DNA from: Candidatus Kerfeldbacteria bacterium
Lineage (GTDB): Bacteria; Patescibacteriota; Patescibacteriia; SBBC01
Length of the DNA stretch: 64,000 nucleotides
Direction: 5' to 3'
Assembly (NCBI GenBank): GCA_043799405.1
Contig: JAZDNT010000001.1
Location: forward strand, 25,752 to 89,751
The position numbers were made by a program, and so were the translations under genes. Of the stretch, positions 29,528 through 39,251 are shown piece after piece; positions within the stretch are counted from its first letter, which is position 1; each line of letters opens with the position of its first letter. The notes beneath the pieces are model-generated. The model searched no databases. It was not told the DNA's origin and was given only the letters and a program-made list of their open reading frames with translations.

Positions 29528-30880
29528 CTAGAACGGTACGTTCTGTACGTTCTTTTCGAGACTCCTGAAGCTCGTTTTTGCCTCGTCGAAGAACGTCTGG
29601 ATCTGACCGGTCGGTCCGTTCCTGTGTTTTGCAATGATGATGTCGGCGATGTGTTTCCTGTTCGTATCGGGACGGTAGATCTCCTCGCGGTAGATGAAGA
29701 GGACGACGTCCGCATCCTGCTCGATCGATCCTGATTCACGAAGGTCCGAGAGCTTCGGGATCGGAGGAGAACGCATTTCGGTCGCGCGCGACAGCTGCGA
29801 AATCGCGAGCACCGGGACGTTCAGTTCTTTCGAGAGGCCTTTGAGTCCGCGGGTGATCTCTGCTATCTGCAGTACACGATTTTCAACATCAGCGTTCCCT
29901 TCCATGAGCTGGAGGTAATCGACGATGATGAGGCCGAGACCGTGCTCAGACTGCAAACGGCGCGCCTTCGTCCGCATCTCAAGGACGGTTGCTATTGCGG
30001 AGTCGTCGATGAAGATTGGAGCCTCGGAAAGGACGCCCATGGCATGTCCGATACGGCTGAAATCCTCATCCTCGGAGAGCTTGCCTGTCCGCATCTTCCA
30101 GAGATCGACCCTGGCTTCCGCGACGAGAAGGCGGTCGACGAGCTGCTCTTTTGACATTTCGAGCGAAAAGATGCCAACGGGAACCTTTTCCCGGATCGCG
30201 ACGCTGCGGGCGATGTCGAGCGCAAGCGACGTCTTTCCGACCGACGGACGGGCAGCCAGGATGATAAGGTCGCCTCGCTGCAGCCCTGCCAGGATATTAT
30301 CGAGGTCAGGAAGTCCGGTCGTGAGCCCCCTGAGCTTTCCTGACTCCCGGTGTAGCTCGTCGATACGGTCGAATGCTTCGGTAAGAACCGACTTTAGTGG
30401 GATGAACTGCTGCCGGAGGTACTTCTGCGAAACGTTGAATACCGACTGTTCAGCGCGGTCGAGGACCGATTCGACGTCGTCGGTCTCCTTGTACCCGAGC
30501 TCCATGATCTCCGAAGCGCAGTGCAGGAGACGGCGGAGCGTTGCTTTGTGCTGTACGATGCGCGCATAGGTCACGACGTTCGATGAGCTCGGTACAGCAT
30601 TCGTGAGCGATGCTAAATAGCTCCTGCCGCCGATTGATTCTAATGTTCCGTGCGCTTTTAGGACGTTCGTTAGCGAGACGACATCGACTGGTTCACGTTT
30701 CTCGTAGAGCTCGACGATCGCATCGTATATTTTATTGTGCGCATCCTTATAGAAATCATCCGCGCGGATGATGTCTGCGACACGGATGATCGCGTCCTTA
30801 TCGATAAGGAGGGATCCGAGGACCGACTGTTCCGCTTCGATGTTTTGCGGCGGGATCTTTTCCAGGCTGTCTTTCGGCAT
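29528..30880 (-). CDS. dnaB: replicative DNA helicase DnaB
   Basis: PPQNIEAEQSVLGSLL, GDLIILAARPSVGKTS, IIVDYLQLM, ISQLSR. Confidence 0.97.
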   Translation of the reverse strand: MPKDSLEKIPPQNIEAEQSVLGSLLIDKDAIIRVADIIRADDFYKDAHNKIYDAIVELYEKREPVDVVSLTNVLKAHGTLESIGGRSYLASLTNAVPSSSNVVTYARIVQHKATLRRLLHCASEIMELGYKETDDVESVLDRAEQSVFNVSQKYLRQQFIPLKSVLTEAFDRIDELHRESGKLRGLTTGLPDLDNILAGLQRGDLIILAARPSVGKTSLALDIARSVAIREKVPVGIFSLEMSKEQLVDRLLVAEARVDLWKMRTGKLSEDEDFSRIGHAMGVLSEAPIFIDDSAIATVLEMRTKARRLQSEHGLGLIIVDYLQLMEGNADVENRVLQIAEITRGLKGLSKELNVPVLAISQLSRATEMRSPPIPKLSDLRESGSIEQDADVVLFIYREEIYRPDTNRKHIADIIIAKHRNGPTGQIQTFFDEAKTSFRSLEKNVQNVPF

Positions 30881-31128
30881 AGGTGTAGGTATTCTACGCG
30901 TCGATCAGCCGAACCGGCAAGTGCCGAATCACACAGGTTGTCCCCAGATTATTCGGAGGGAAAACCCTAGCGGTTTTCCCTTCCGATGCCTCCCTTTCCG
31001 TATACGGTGTCGCGCTTTGTTGCTCGCCTAGGGTACCGACCGGCAAAGCCGGTCACCCTGATACTCGCAACTTCAGACGCGACGTATCCTTCTTGAATAG
31101 AGTGGTTGTTAGCGTTATACTGTCGGGC

Positions 31129-31668
31129 ATGCCGACAACAGCATTCCCAACGGAGTACGTCGTCGTCGACGTAGAAACGACTGGGTTCAAACCAGAGGAG
31201 GGGCACGTCATCATCGAAGTCGCGGCCCAGAGGATCCATGGAAGCGACACCGTTGACCAGTACACCTCGCTCGTAACTGCTGACCGGCCGCTCCATCCGG
31301 ATAACGTGAAGTTCAACGGCATTGATGATAATTTGCTATTGAGAGAAGGGAAGAGCCCCTTGGACGTATTTCCTATCCTTCGGGAGTTCTTGCAGAACTC
31401 TGTCCTCATCGGTCACAATGTCCCGTTCGACATCGGATTCATGAACGCTCATTTCAAGAAGCACCAACTAGCGCTTCTCGATAATCAAACGCTCGATACG
31501 CTCGACCTTTCGCGCCGCTACCTTATTCTGCCGAGCTACTCGCTCGAATCGGTCGCGCGCTACCTAAAGGTTCCGCAGTCGGTCGCGCACCGCGCACTCG
31601 CTGATGTCGAAACAACGCGACTTGTATTCCTAAAGCTCGTTGAACGGGCGGCGAAGGTGGGGAGATAG
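31129..31668 (+). CDS. DnaQ-family 3'-5' exonuclease (Pol III epsilon-like)
   Basis: YVVVDVETTG (ExoI), IGHNVPFDIGF (ExoII), HRALADVETT (ExoIII). The start is ATG 31129 or an upstream alternative codon at 31093. Confidence 0.85.
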   Translation: MPTTAFPTEYVVVDVETTGFKPEEGHVIIEVAAQRIHGSDTVDQYTSLVTADRPLHPDNVKFNGIDDNLLLREGKSPLDVFPILREFLQNSVLIGHNVPFDIGFMNAHFKKHQLALLDNQTLDTLDLSRRYLILPSYSLESVARYLKVPQSVAHRALADVETTRLVFLKLVERAAKVGR

Positions 31669-31705
31669 TGCAAAACGAAAAGACCCTATTTATACTCGCG
31701 GGGCC

Positions 31706-32326
31706 TCATCGCGATGGGGTAGACAGGGCGTGGCGCCTGAACCGTTCCTTGCGCCGTTTTGAACAGAATACGGCGACGGTAAGGTGCGCAAACAGGAACA
31801 CGATCGGTGACACGTATGCGATCGGCCGCGCGTGCCGGTAGGCGACGTTCACGGTGCTGATGGCATACGCGAGCGTCCAGAGCTTCCACGGCAGCGCCGT
31901 TTCCGTGGTCGGATCCTTCCAGACACGGACGTACAGGGTGCGGTACACGATGAGGATTGTGGCGATGAGGATGAGATTCGCGAATGCGGCGTTGTGGAAG
32001 ACGAGCCACACCACTCCACTCACGGCTCCGGCTGCGAGGTAGGCGATCTCGTCCTTGGTCAGCTTCTCAAATCGCCCGATCTTCAGAATGTACACAAAGG
32101 TCGCGGTGGCGGCGACCATCATGGCGTAGTACTGGAGCGTGATGATCCAGTTTGACGTTGCCGCCTGGTAGGTGAAGGTAAGGAGTATCGCGAGAGCCGC
32201 CGATACGCCTATGACGGACACGAGCGGTTTCGACGTGCCGCGGGATGCCTGCACGCTGTACAGGAAGTAGGCGGTCGCGTGGATGCACGCCGCCGCCACA
32301 CCAAGTGCGAGCGATACGTGATCCAC
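31706..32326 (-). CDS. multi-pass membrane protein, unknown family
   Basis: Six to seven hydrophobic helices; no motif recognised. Confidence 0.55.
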   Translation of the reverse strand: MDHVSLALGVAAACIHATAYFLYSVQASRGTSKPLVSVIGVSAALAILLTFTYQAATSNWIITLQYYAMMVAATATFVYILKIGRFEKLTKDEIAYLAAGAVSGVVWLVFHNAAFANLILIATILIVYRTLYVRVWKDPTTETALPWKLWTLAYAISTVNVAYRHARPIAYVSPIVFLFAHLTVAVFCSKRRKERFRRHALSTPSR

Positions 32327-32466
32327 GGATCACCTCCGGAAAGCGGATGTCAACGAACTGCGGGAACGGACGGAATACCGTACCTTACTGAAAGGTATAA
32401 CAAAAGTCAAATACGATGTGTTTCATGTTGACCGGTCGCTGAAAAAGTGTAATTGTTCCGTTACGT

Positions 32467-32542
32467 GGGCCGCTAACTCAATTGGTAGAGTATCAGCCTT
32501 TTAAGCTGAGAGTTCCGGGTTCGAGTCCCGGGCGGCCTACCA
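32467..32542 (+). tRNA. tRNA-Lys (anticodon UUU), CCA encoded
   Basis: The cloverleaf folds by hand: acceptor GGGCCGC/GCGGCCT (G1:U72), anticodon loop CUUUUAA, T arm CCGGG-TTCGAGT-CCCGG, then ACCA. Confidence 0.93.
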
Positions 32543-32596
32543 TCCACATTTTTTATCGAGGGACCGGGAGGGTTCGCCAAGAGAATTTAGTATCGG
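32537..32596 (+). repeat. cassette-leader repeat R, copy 1 (starts in the tRNA 3' end)
   Basis: ctaccatccacattttttatcgagggaccgggagggttcgccaagagaatttagtatcgg, about 85% identical by eye to 33682-33741. Confidence 0.8.
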
Positions 32597-32604
32597 AGCG
32601 ATCC

Positions 32605-33048
32605 ATTATAGATAAAGTCACAAATAATCTAGTATTGGAACTTCACGTTCCCGACTTTAACAAGGCGCGGGAGTTCTACAAAATATTCGGTTTTAATCAG
32701 ATTAAATACGACCCAACATCAGGCGGTGGGAGCGATCTAGGATACATGATCTTAAAAAGAGAAGACGGCCTAGGAGAAACACATCTCAACTTCTATGGCG
32801 ATAAGGACAAAGTGTCTCAACACGCTCACTTTAGGGACTTCGCGGCATCAACTCCCCGGGGATATGCGGTAGAAATAACAATTCCTGTTTCGGATGTTCA
32901 TAAACTCTGGAATGACACGAAAGATTTATTGGATGCTTCACAGATTTCCCAACCATTGACTCTTAAACGTTGGGGAAAGGAAGATTTTAGAGTAGTCGAT
33001 CCATTCGGATTCTACGTTCGCTTTACTGAAATAGTCGACTGGTATTGA
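32605..33048 (+). CDS. glyoxalase/bleomycin-resistance (VOC) superfamily protein
   Basis: LELHVPDFNKAREFYKIFGF matches the beta1-alpha1 pattern. The track ORF starts inside the tRNA, so the real start is uncertain: ATT 32605 after a GGAG, or TTG 32635. Confidence 0.55.
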   Translation: MIDKVTNNLVLELHVPDFNKAREFYKIFGFNQIKYDPTSGGGSDLGYMILKREDGLGETHLNFYGDKDKVSQHAHFRDFAASTPRGYAVEITIPVSDVHKLWNDTKDLLDASQISQPLTLKRWGKEDFRVVDPFGFYVRFTEIVDWY

Positions 33049-33083
33049 ACCCGGGCGGCTCGCCAATAGAACTATTTATCAGG
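33049..33083 (+). repeat. partial R repeat, copy 3
   Basis: acccgggcggctcgccaatagaactatttatcagg aligns to the distal half of R (gaccgggagggttcgccaagagaatttagtatcgg). Confidence 0.6.
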
Positions 33084-33103
33084 CATAACCCGACTACTTA
33101 ACC

Positions 33104-33589
33104 ATGGATCGTTTTACCGACGCAATTCGTAAATCCATTAGCGACCAAAACTGGTTTGCTGCGTTATTTTTATCACTTTGCATGCCAGATATCTGTGGCT
33201 CCTTGGAAACTCCCGATGAGCAAGTTGGCCCTCGATACAAAAGGTGGTTTGGGGCTAATTTAGCGACATCATATTCTTCAATGTTTTCTGCAGAAGATTG
33301 TTATTCCTTTCGTTGTAGTTGTCTGCACCAAGGCCTTGATACACACCAGCGAATGTCCCATGAACGAATACATTTCATTACCCCGCCTCCCCGGGGCAAT
33401 GTGGTACATTGCAATATGTTTAATAACGTTCTTCAGCTGCAAATTGATATTTTCTGTGAAGATGTTGCCATGGCTGTTGATTCTTGGTATGAAGCTGTGA
33501 AAAATAATCCAGAAATCCAAGCAAGGGTCGAGGCGTTAATTAAGATATACGGCCCCGAGTCACTCCAACCATTTATTGCCTTCCAGTAG
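33104..33589 (+). CDS. hypothetical protein (cassette 2)
   Basis: 161-aa ORF in AT-richer sequence than the flanks; no family recognised. Confidence 0.55.
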   Translation: MDRFTDAIRKSISDQNWFAALFLSLCMPDICGSLETPDEQVGPRYKRWFGANLATSYSSMFSAEDCYSFRCSCLHQGLDTHQRMSHERIHFITPPPRGNVVHCNMFNNVLQLQIDIFCEDVAMAVDSWYEAVKNNPEIQARVEALIKIYGPESLQPFIAFQ

Positions 33590-33591
33590 CA

Positions 33592-33741
33592 CCCCGACCG
33601 AGAGGTATCAAATCACCCATAGGAAATAGCGCAAAAAAGCCTTACAATGCCCCTACAGTCCAGGTGCTAGACCAGCGCGGGCTACCATCAACACTTTTTA
33701 TCGAGGGACCGGGAGAGCCCGCCAAGAGAACTAGGTATCGG
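33592..33741 (+). repeat. composite junction: L repeat copy 1 (ends in the tRNA-like gcgggctacca) fused to R repeat copy 2
   Basis: L at 33592-33687 matches 34492-34588. R at 33682-33741 matches 32537-32596. Confidence 0.8.
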
Positions 33742-33776
33742 GTGACCCGAGTACTAGTATAAAAGCGAATGCTCAT

Positions 33777-34421
33777 ATGTTTGACGCTATCGTAGTATTC
33801 GGCGGGGGAATAAGCCCCGACGGATCACTTGAAGAAAATTCACGTGTTCGAGTCAAAAAAGCGATTCGATTGTGGAACGACAAGCTTGCTCCGGTCATAG
33901 TCATGTCAGGAGCTTGGGCGTCTTCGAGTGTTATGATGCCGTTACGAACCGAGGCTGCGGCTATGGCAGAACTTGCTGAACAGCTCGGTTGTCCATCAAG
34001 TTGCATACTTAAGGAAGAGCAGTCAAAAGAAACGATTGGAAACGCATACTTTGTCAAAACACTTTTTGCCATCCCAAGAAAATGGCGAAGTCTTGTTATC
34101 GTTGCAGCAGATTACCATATTCCTCGAACACGTCAGATATGCCATAAAGTTTTCGGTCCAGATTATCATCTCACTTTCGAAAGTGCGCCATTGCCAATGA
34201 CAATTGATGAGCGAAAAGAACGCGACATCGGCGAATTAGCTCGTTTATCAATATTCAATGAATGGATCGATGCGCAACCTGGTGATCACCGAGCGATTTG
34301 GGGGGTCTTAAGTACCATACATCCGGCATACTCGAAACATCCGAAGTATTCTCGAGAAGATATAGTCCGCTTAATCGCGGAGCGAATCGTGAAGTTACGC
34401 GCCGAGAGAATCGGGTCCTGA
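33777..34421 (+). CDS. DUF218/YdcF(ElyC)-like protein (cassette 3)
   Basis: IVVFGGGI..DGS....S..R...A..L......P.I..SG; E..SKETIGNA; LVIVAADYHIPR. Confidence 0.7.
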   Translation: MFDAIVVFGGGISPDGSLEENSRVRVKKAIRLWNDKLAPVIVMSGAWASSSVMMPLRTEAAAMAELAEQLGCPSSCILKEEQSKETIGNAYFVKTLFAIPRKWRSLVIVAADYHIPRTRQICHKVFGPDYHLTFESAPLPMTIDERKERDIGELARLSIFNEWIDAQPGDHRAIWGVLSTIHPAYSKHPKYSREDIVRLIAERIVKLRAERIGS

Positions 34422-34491
34422 CCTCACCGCACATAGAGGTTTTTTAAGCGATCTACCTGCCTCAAATCGTCTCCGTAAAAAACCCAAAAGA

Positions 34492-34588
34492 CCCCGACCG
34501 AGAGGCGTCAAATCGAGCTATAGGAAATAGCGCGAAAAAGCCTTATAATACCCCTACAGTCCAGTTCCCAGACCGGGGCGGGCTACCA
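34492..34588 (+). repeat. L repeat copy 2 (terminal; ends in ggcgggctacca)
   Basis: ccccgaccgagaggcgtcaaatcgagctataggaaatagcgcgaaaaagccttataatacccctacagtccag...gggctacca. Confidence 0.8.
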
Positions 34589-34623
34589 AACAGCGCAGCG
34601 ACCATATATACGTCGTCTTTATT

Positions 34624-34646
34624 TTCGCGAAAATTCGCGATATACT
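34624..34646 (+). promoter_or_regulatory. two TTCGCGA palindromic half-sites 10 nt apart abutting a TATACT -10 box (candidate metalloregulator operator)
   Basis: ttcgcgaaaattcgcgatatact lies 9 nt upstream of the Nramp ATG. Confidence 0.35.
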
Positions 34647-34654
34647 GACAACGC

Positions 34655-35917
34655 ATGTTCCACCTAAAAAAAATATTCAAGAAAATCGGTCCCGGCGTGA
34701 TAACCGGCGCTTCGGACGATGACCCCTCGGGTATAGCCACGTACTCGCAGACAGGGGCCAGGTTCGGGTACCAGATGCTCTGGCTTGCGCTCGTATCGAC
34801 GCCGCTCATGATGGCAGTGCAGGAGATGTCGGCGCGGCTCGGCATGGTGACCGGACGGGGCCTTGCGGGCATCCTAAAGAAGCACACGTCGGCAAAGGTC
34901 GTGTTCGTGCTCGCAAGTCTCCTCTTCCTCGTGAACACCATTAACATCGGGGCAGACCTCGGCGCAATGGCGGAGGCGTCGCGTCTCGTGCTGAACGGGC
35001 CAGGATGGCTCTACCTCATACTGTTCACGGCCGCGATCGTCCTACTAGAGATCTTCGTGAGCTACAGGAAGTACGTGAACGTACTGCGGTGGCTGACGTT
35101 CGTGCTGTTCGCGTACGTCGCTGCGGCTTTCTTCGTTCAGCAGAACTGGTGGGAAATAATAACAAGTACGATCATCCCTTCGTTCAGTTTGAACAAGGAG
35201 ATGTGGCTGATGATCGTTGCAGTGCTCGGGACCACTATATCACCCTACTGTTTCTTCTGGGAAGCCTCCGAAGAGGTCGAGGATGAGATCGCCGAAGGGC
35301 GTACGACGATCAAGAAACGCACGGGGGCGACGAAGAAGGAGATACGGTCAATGCGCGAAGAGACGGTCGTTGGGATGAGCTACTCGAACATCGTCATGTT
35401 CTTCATCATCATCACGACGGCCGCAACCCTTCATCGCGCCGGCATCACGTCGATCGGGAACGCGAGCCAAGCCGCAGAAGCGCTCCGCCCTCTCGCCGGT
35501 AACCTGACCTTTATGCTTTTTACAGTAGGCATCATCGGTACTGGCTTGCTCGCGATCCCGATACTCGCGGGATCGGCTTCGTATGCGATCGCAGAAGTGT
35601 TCGGATGGAAGGAAGGACTATCGAAGCAGTACCGTCAGGCGCACGCGTTCTACCTCGCCATAGCCGCTTCCGTTATCCTCGGGCTCATCGTGAACGTCAT
35701 CGGCATTCCTCCGATGCAGTTCCTCATCTACGCCGCGGTCCTCAACGGCCTGCTCGCTCCCGTTATCATCTGGTTCATTCTCCGATTGTCTGACCGCCGC
35801 GACGTTGTCGGCGTCCATACGAGTACGCCATGGGTCCGCTTCTTCGGATGGTTCGCCTTTTGCGTCATGTCGCTGTCTGCGTGTATCCTTGTGTATCAGT
35901 CACTCTTCGTCGTATGA
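34655..35917 (+). CDS. Nramp-family divalent metal transporter
   Basis: GPGVITGASDDDPSGIATYSQTGARFGYQMLW, about 11 TM segments. Confidence 0.85.
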   Translation: MFHLKKIFKKIGPGVITGASDDDPSGIATYSQTGARFGYQMLWLALVSTPLMMAVQEMSARLGMVTGRGLAGILKKHTSAKVVFVLASLLFLVNTINIGADLGAMAEASRLVLNGPGWLYLILFTAAIVLLEIFVSYRKYVNVLRWLTFVLFAYVAAAFFVQQNWWEIITSTIIPSFSLNKEMWLMIVAVLGTTISPYCFFWEASEEVEDEIAEGRTTIKKRTGATKKEIRSMREETVVGMSYSNIVMFFIIITTAATLHRAGITSIGNASQAAEALRPLAGNLTFMLFTVGIIGTGLLAIPILAGSASYAIAEVFGWKEGLSKQYRQAHAFYLAIAASVILGLIVNVIGIPPMQFLIYAAVLNGLLAPVIIWFILRLSDRRDVVGVHTSTPWVRFFGWFAFCVMSLSACILVYQSLFVV

Positions 35918-38652
35918 ACAAGGAACGATCAATCCAGCCACCAGCTACTGTCCAGTGGCACTCGATGACCGTCGAGCAGACGCTTCAGAAACTCCAGGTA
36001 TCGTTATCCGGACTACGGACTGAAACCGTTCCCGAACGCCGAAAACTGTTCGGCCGCAACGATCTTCCCCAACAGCGCCGTCGTTCTTCGATCGTCATAC
36101 TGCTCAATCAGTTCCGGAGCCCGCTTGTCCTTGTGCTCTTCGCTGCCGCCGCAATATCGTTCTGGTTCCGCGCCGCCGCCGACGGCTGGATCATCCTGTT
36201 CATCATCGCATTCAATGGGATAGTCGGCTTCTACCAGGAGCGGCGCGCCGGACACGCGATGGAGCGATTGCAGTCCCTGACACCCCAGCACGTCCATGTT
36301 CTCCGCGACGGCGAGGAACAGGAGATCCTTGCGGACCAGCTTGTCGTCGGTGATATCGTTAAGCTTGAGGTCGGCTCGATCGTACCGGCAGACGGAAGGA
36401 TCGTCGAATCGGTCAACATGAAGATCAATGAAGCTGTGTTCACCGGCGAATCGGTGCCTGCACAGAAGCACTGCGATCCGCTTCCTGAATCTACGGAGCT
36501 CACTGACCGGAGGAACTGCGCGTGGAGGGGAACAACCATCGCCGGAGGGCGCGGAATTCTCGTTGTCGCGGCAGTAGGCACTGCAACCCGGTTCGGTGAG
36601 ATCGTCAGGGAAGTCGCAGACATCGGTACGCAGGAAACGCCGTTCCAGAAGAAGATCGGTGAGTTCGCCCGACGGCTCGCGTTCGTAATAGTTATTCTAT
36701 CGCTGGGCGTGTTCATTGTCAGCGTGATGCGCGGTATCCATTTCGAACGGGCGCTGCTCCTCGGGGTCAGCCTCGTTGTTTCTCTCATCCCGGAGGGATT
36801 GCCGGTTGTCATCACGCTGACGTTCGCCTGGGGCATGTGGGAGATGGCGAAACGCCGCGCGCTCATACGAAAGCTCTACGCCGTGGAAACGCTCGGTTCC
36901 GTCACCGTGATCGCAACGGATAAGACCGGGACCCTTACCTTCGGGGAAATGATGGTTGAACGAATAGTCATTGACGGGCGGACGATCTCCGTGACCGGAG
37001 AAGGATACAGGAAGAGCGGCGACTTTTTCGAGTCAGAAAAACGGATTGCACCGATCGAGGACCCTGTGCTGAAGAGGCTCCTTGAAATCGGCATACTCAA
37101 TAACGACAGCAGGATAACCCACGATGAAAAGGGACGCGAGCGCTGGATAGGCGATCCCACCGAGACCTGCCTCATTGTTCTTGGTGAGAAAGCCGGGTTC
37201 AGACACGCTGATCTCGATCTTGCCTTTCCGCGCGTCGGGGAGTTCCCGTTCGATTTTTCACTGAAGTACATGGTCACCTTCCATACGACCCCGGAAGGAA
37301 AGACGCTGATCGCGGTCAAGGGCGCCCCACGGCAGATCCTGCAGCTCTGTACGAGAAAAATGGTACCGCACGGCATCGAGGCGTTCACCGACCGTGATCG
37401 TGAAGAGATCCGAAATGAGTTCGAGGCCATGGCAGCGACGTCGCTTCGAGGCCTTGCCTTCGCATACGCTGAGGTTGAAGGAAAGTGGGAACTCATCACC
37501 CACCAGAATCTGCATGAACATTTGGTGTACCTCGGCCTCGTCGGTATTCGGGACACGATCCGGCCGGAAGCGCGTGAAACCGTCTCATCGGCTCGTGCCG
37601 CAGGCATTCAGGTGGTCATGCTGACCGGCGATTACCACGAAACAGCGATAAACGTCGCGAAGGAGATAGGCCTTCTCGGACAGAACGAGCATGAGGAGAG
37701 GGTGCTTGATGGGAAAAACATCGATGCCCTGAACGATGAACAGCTGCGAATGCGTCTCCGTCAGACCGTCGTCTACAGCAGGGTATCGCCCGAACAGAAG
37801 CTCCGTATCGCACAGCAGTTCAAGGCGAGCGGCGAAATTATCGCAATGACCGGCGACGGGATCAATGACGTACCTGCCCTTTCCGAAGCGAACATCGGGG
37901 TTGCCATCGGGGTAACGAGCACCGACGCGGCAAAAGAGGCGGCGGAAATGGTCATTACTGACGGCAACCTTTCGAGCATCGTGTCCGCGATCGAGGAGGG
38001 CAGGGCGATATTCAGGAACATCCAGCGCGTGCTCATCTTCCTCCTCGCATCGAACTTCGGCGAACTGATCCTTATTTGTCTCGCGATCTTCCTCGGATTC
38101 CCGCTTCCTCTTCTCCCGATCCATATAATGTGGTTGAATGTCATAACCGATCCGTTCCTCGGTATCGCGCTTGCACGTGAACCGAAAGGTCCCGAAATCA
38201 TGCGGGAACCGCCGAGGCCGCCGAAAATGCCGGTCATCGATAAGGCACGGTGGGGAAGGATCGCGCTCAATGGCATTACGATCGGGTTCGTATCATTTAT
38301 TGTGTTCATCATCATGCTGGCCCGGAACCGCCCCGAACAAGAGCTCTACGCCGTTACACTGACCGCGGTCGCGCTCGGAGAGTGGACCGTTGCGTATACG
38401 AGCAGGTCTTCGCGGCGTAGCACCTTCTCGCGCTTTTTCGCCAACAAGTTCATCGTACCCGTTACCATCGTCGTCATCGCAATGCAGGTATCCATTCTTT
38501 CGGTTCCTTCTCTTTCTACCGCGTTCCATCTTGATCGGATCGGATTGATTGATTGGTTGCTTGCGGGAAGCGTCGCCGTCGCTGTTCTCATCGTCGAAGA
38601 GATTAGAAAAATGGTTTCCCGCCGAAAACCACATTACAGAACCGTCGTATGA
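35914..38652 (+). CDS. cation-transporting P-type ATPase (type II, Ca2+/Mg2+-like)
   Basis: TGES, PEGLP, DKTGTLT, MLTGD, TGDGINDVPAL. ATG 35914 overlaps the Nramp stop (ATGA). Confidence 0.92.
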   Translation: MNKERSIQPPATVQWHSMTVEQTLQKLQVSLSGLRTETVPERRKLFGRNDLPQQRRRSSIVILLNQFRSPLVLVLFAAAAISFWFRAAADGWIILFIIAFNGIVGFYQERRAGHAMERLQSLTPQHVHVLRDGEEQEILADQLVVGDIVKLEVGSIVPADGRIVESVNMKINEAVFTGESVPAQKHCDPLPESTELTDRRNCAWRGTTIAGGRGILVVAAVGTATRFGEIVREVADIGTQETPFQKKIGEFARRLAFVIVILSLGVFIVSVMRGIHFERALLLGVSLVVSLIPEGLPVVITLTFAWGMWEMAKRRALIRKLYAVETLGSVTVIATDKTGTLTFGEMMVERIVIDGRTISVTGEGYRKSGDFFESEKRIAPIEDPVLKRLLEIGILNNDSRITHDEKGRERWIGDPTETCLIVLGEKAGFRHADLDLAFPRVGEFPFDFSLKYMVTFHTTPEGKTLIAVKGAPRQILQLCTRKMVPHGIEAFTDRDREEIRNEFEAMAATSLRGLAFAYAEVEGKWELITHQNLHEHLVYLGLVGIRDTIRPEARETVSSARAAGIQVVMLTGDYHETAINVAKEIGLLGQNEHEERVLDGKNIDALNDEQLRMRLRQTVVYSRVSPEQKLRIAQQFKASGEIIAMTGDGINDVPALSEANIGVAIGVTSTDAAKEAAEMVITDGNLSSIVSAIEEGRAIFRNIQRVLIFLLASNFGELILICLAIFLGFPLPLLPIHIMWLNVITDPFLGIALAREPKGPEIMREPPRPPKMPVIDKARWGRIALNGITIGFVSFIVFIIMLARNRPEQELYAVTLTAVALGEWTVAYTSRSSRRSTFSRFFANKFIVPVTIVVIAMQVSILSVPSLSTAFHLDRIGLIDWLLAGSVAVAVLIVEEIRKMVSRRKPHYRTVV

Positions 38653-39251
38653 TCCAACGAATAGCCGTTTTCATGCTCTATTGTGCCCAGCTCGGTCTTT
38701 TCATTTTTGAGCTCGTTGCGAAGTATGATACTCATGGGCGGCAGGTAGCGCTCGCTATTACCAATGTGGTGTCAGTTGCCCTCTTCATCGTCGTGCAGTA
38801 CATTGTCCGCCGGCGGTACGGCATCGTGATCCACTGGATCGTTCTGCTCATCATTTCAGCGAGCGTCTGGCTCGATGCAATGGGCAACTTCTTGCACTTC
38901 TACGGTTCTATCTGGTGGTGGGATAGGTTGACGCACGCGGTGGGGGGACTTGCGGTCACGACCGGGTTTTTCGTCGTGACGATCTCACTGTGGCGCGCGG
39001 GGAGAATGAGGGTATCATGGTTCGTCGTCAACCTCTACGCATTCTGCTTAGCGCAGACCCTCGGAGCCCTGTACGAGGTTTCGGAATGGATTGGTGACAC
39101 TCTGTTCGTCACGCACCGTATTGGAAACGGTTTCGATACGCCGCGTGACCTTTTCTTCAACATGCTCGGTGGTCTTATTGCGTTAGCCGTCGCATACCTT
39201 TGGCGCATGCGATACCGGGCAGTTAATACGCATGCTGAGACTCGGCACTAG
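38649..39251 (+). CDS. membrane protein, unknown family
   Basis: Five to six TM segments; start overlaps the ATPase stop. Confidence 0.55.
   Translation: MIQRIAVFMLYCAQLGLFIFELVAKYDTHGRQVALAITNVVSVALFIVVQYIVRRRYGIVIHWIVLLIISASVWLDAMGNFLHFYGSIWWWDRLTHAVGGLAVTTGFFVVTISLWRAGRMRVSWFVVNLYAFCLAQTLGALYEVSEWIGDTLFVTHRIGNGFDTPRDLFFNMLGGLIALAVAYLWRMRYRAVNTHAETRH

Noticed and set aside
28834-29739. 301-aa minus-strand ORF spanning ybaB end to dnaB end
   Set aside because: It is extremely Arg/Ser/Thr-rich low-complexity sequence. It overlaps both the dnaB 3' end and a plus-strand ORF that has a strong SD, so it is judged a spurious GC-driven frame.
32482-33048. Track ORF start at 32482 for the VOC-family gene
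   Set aside because: The first ~20 codons lie inside tRNA-Lys and the R repeat, and there is no ATG there. The real start must be downstream (32605 or 32635).
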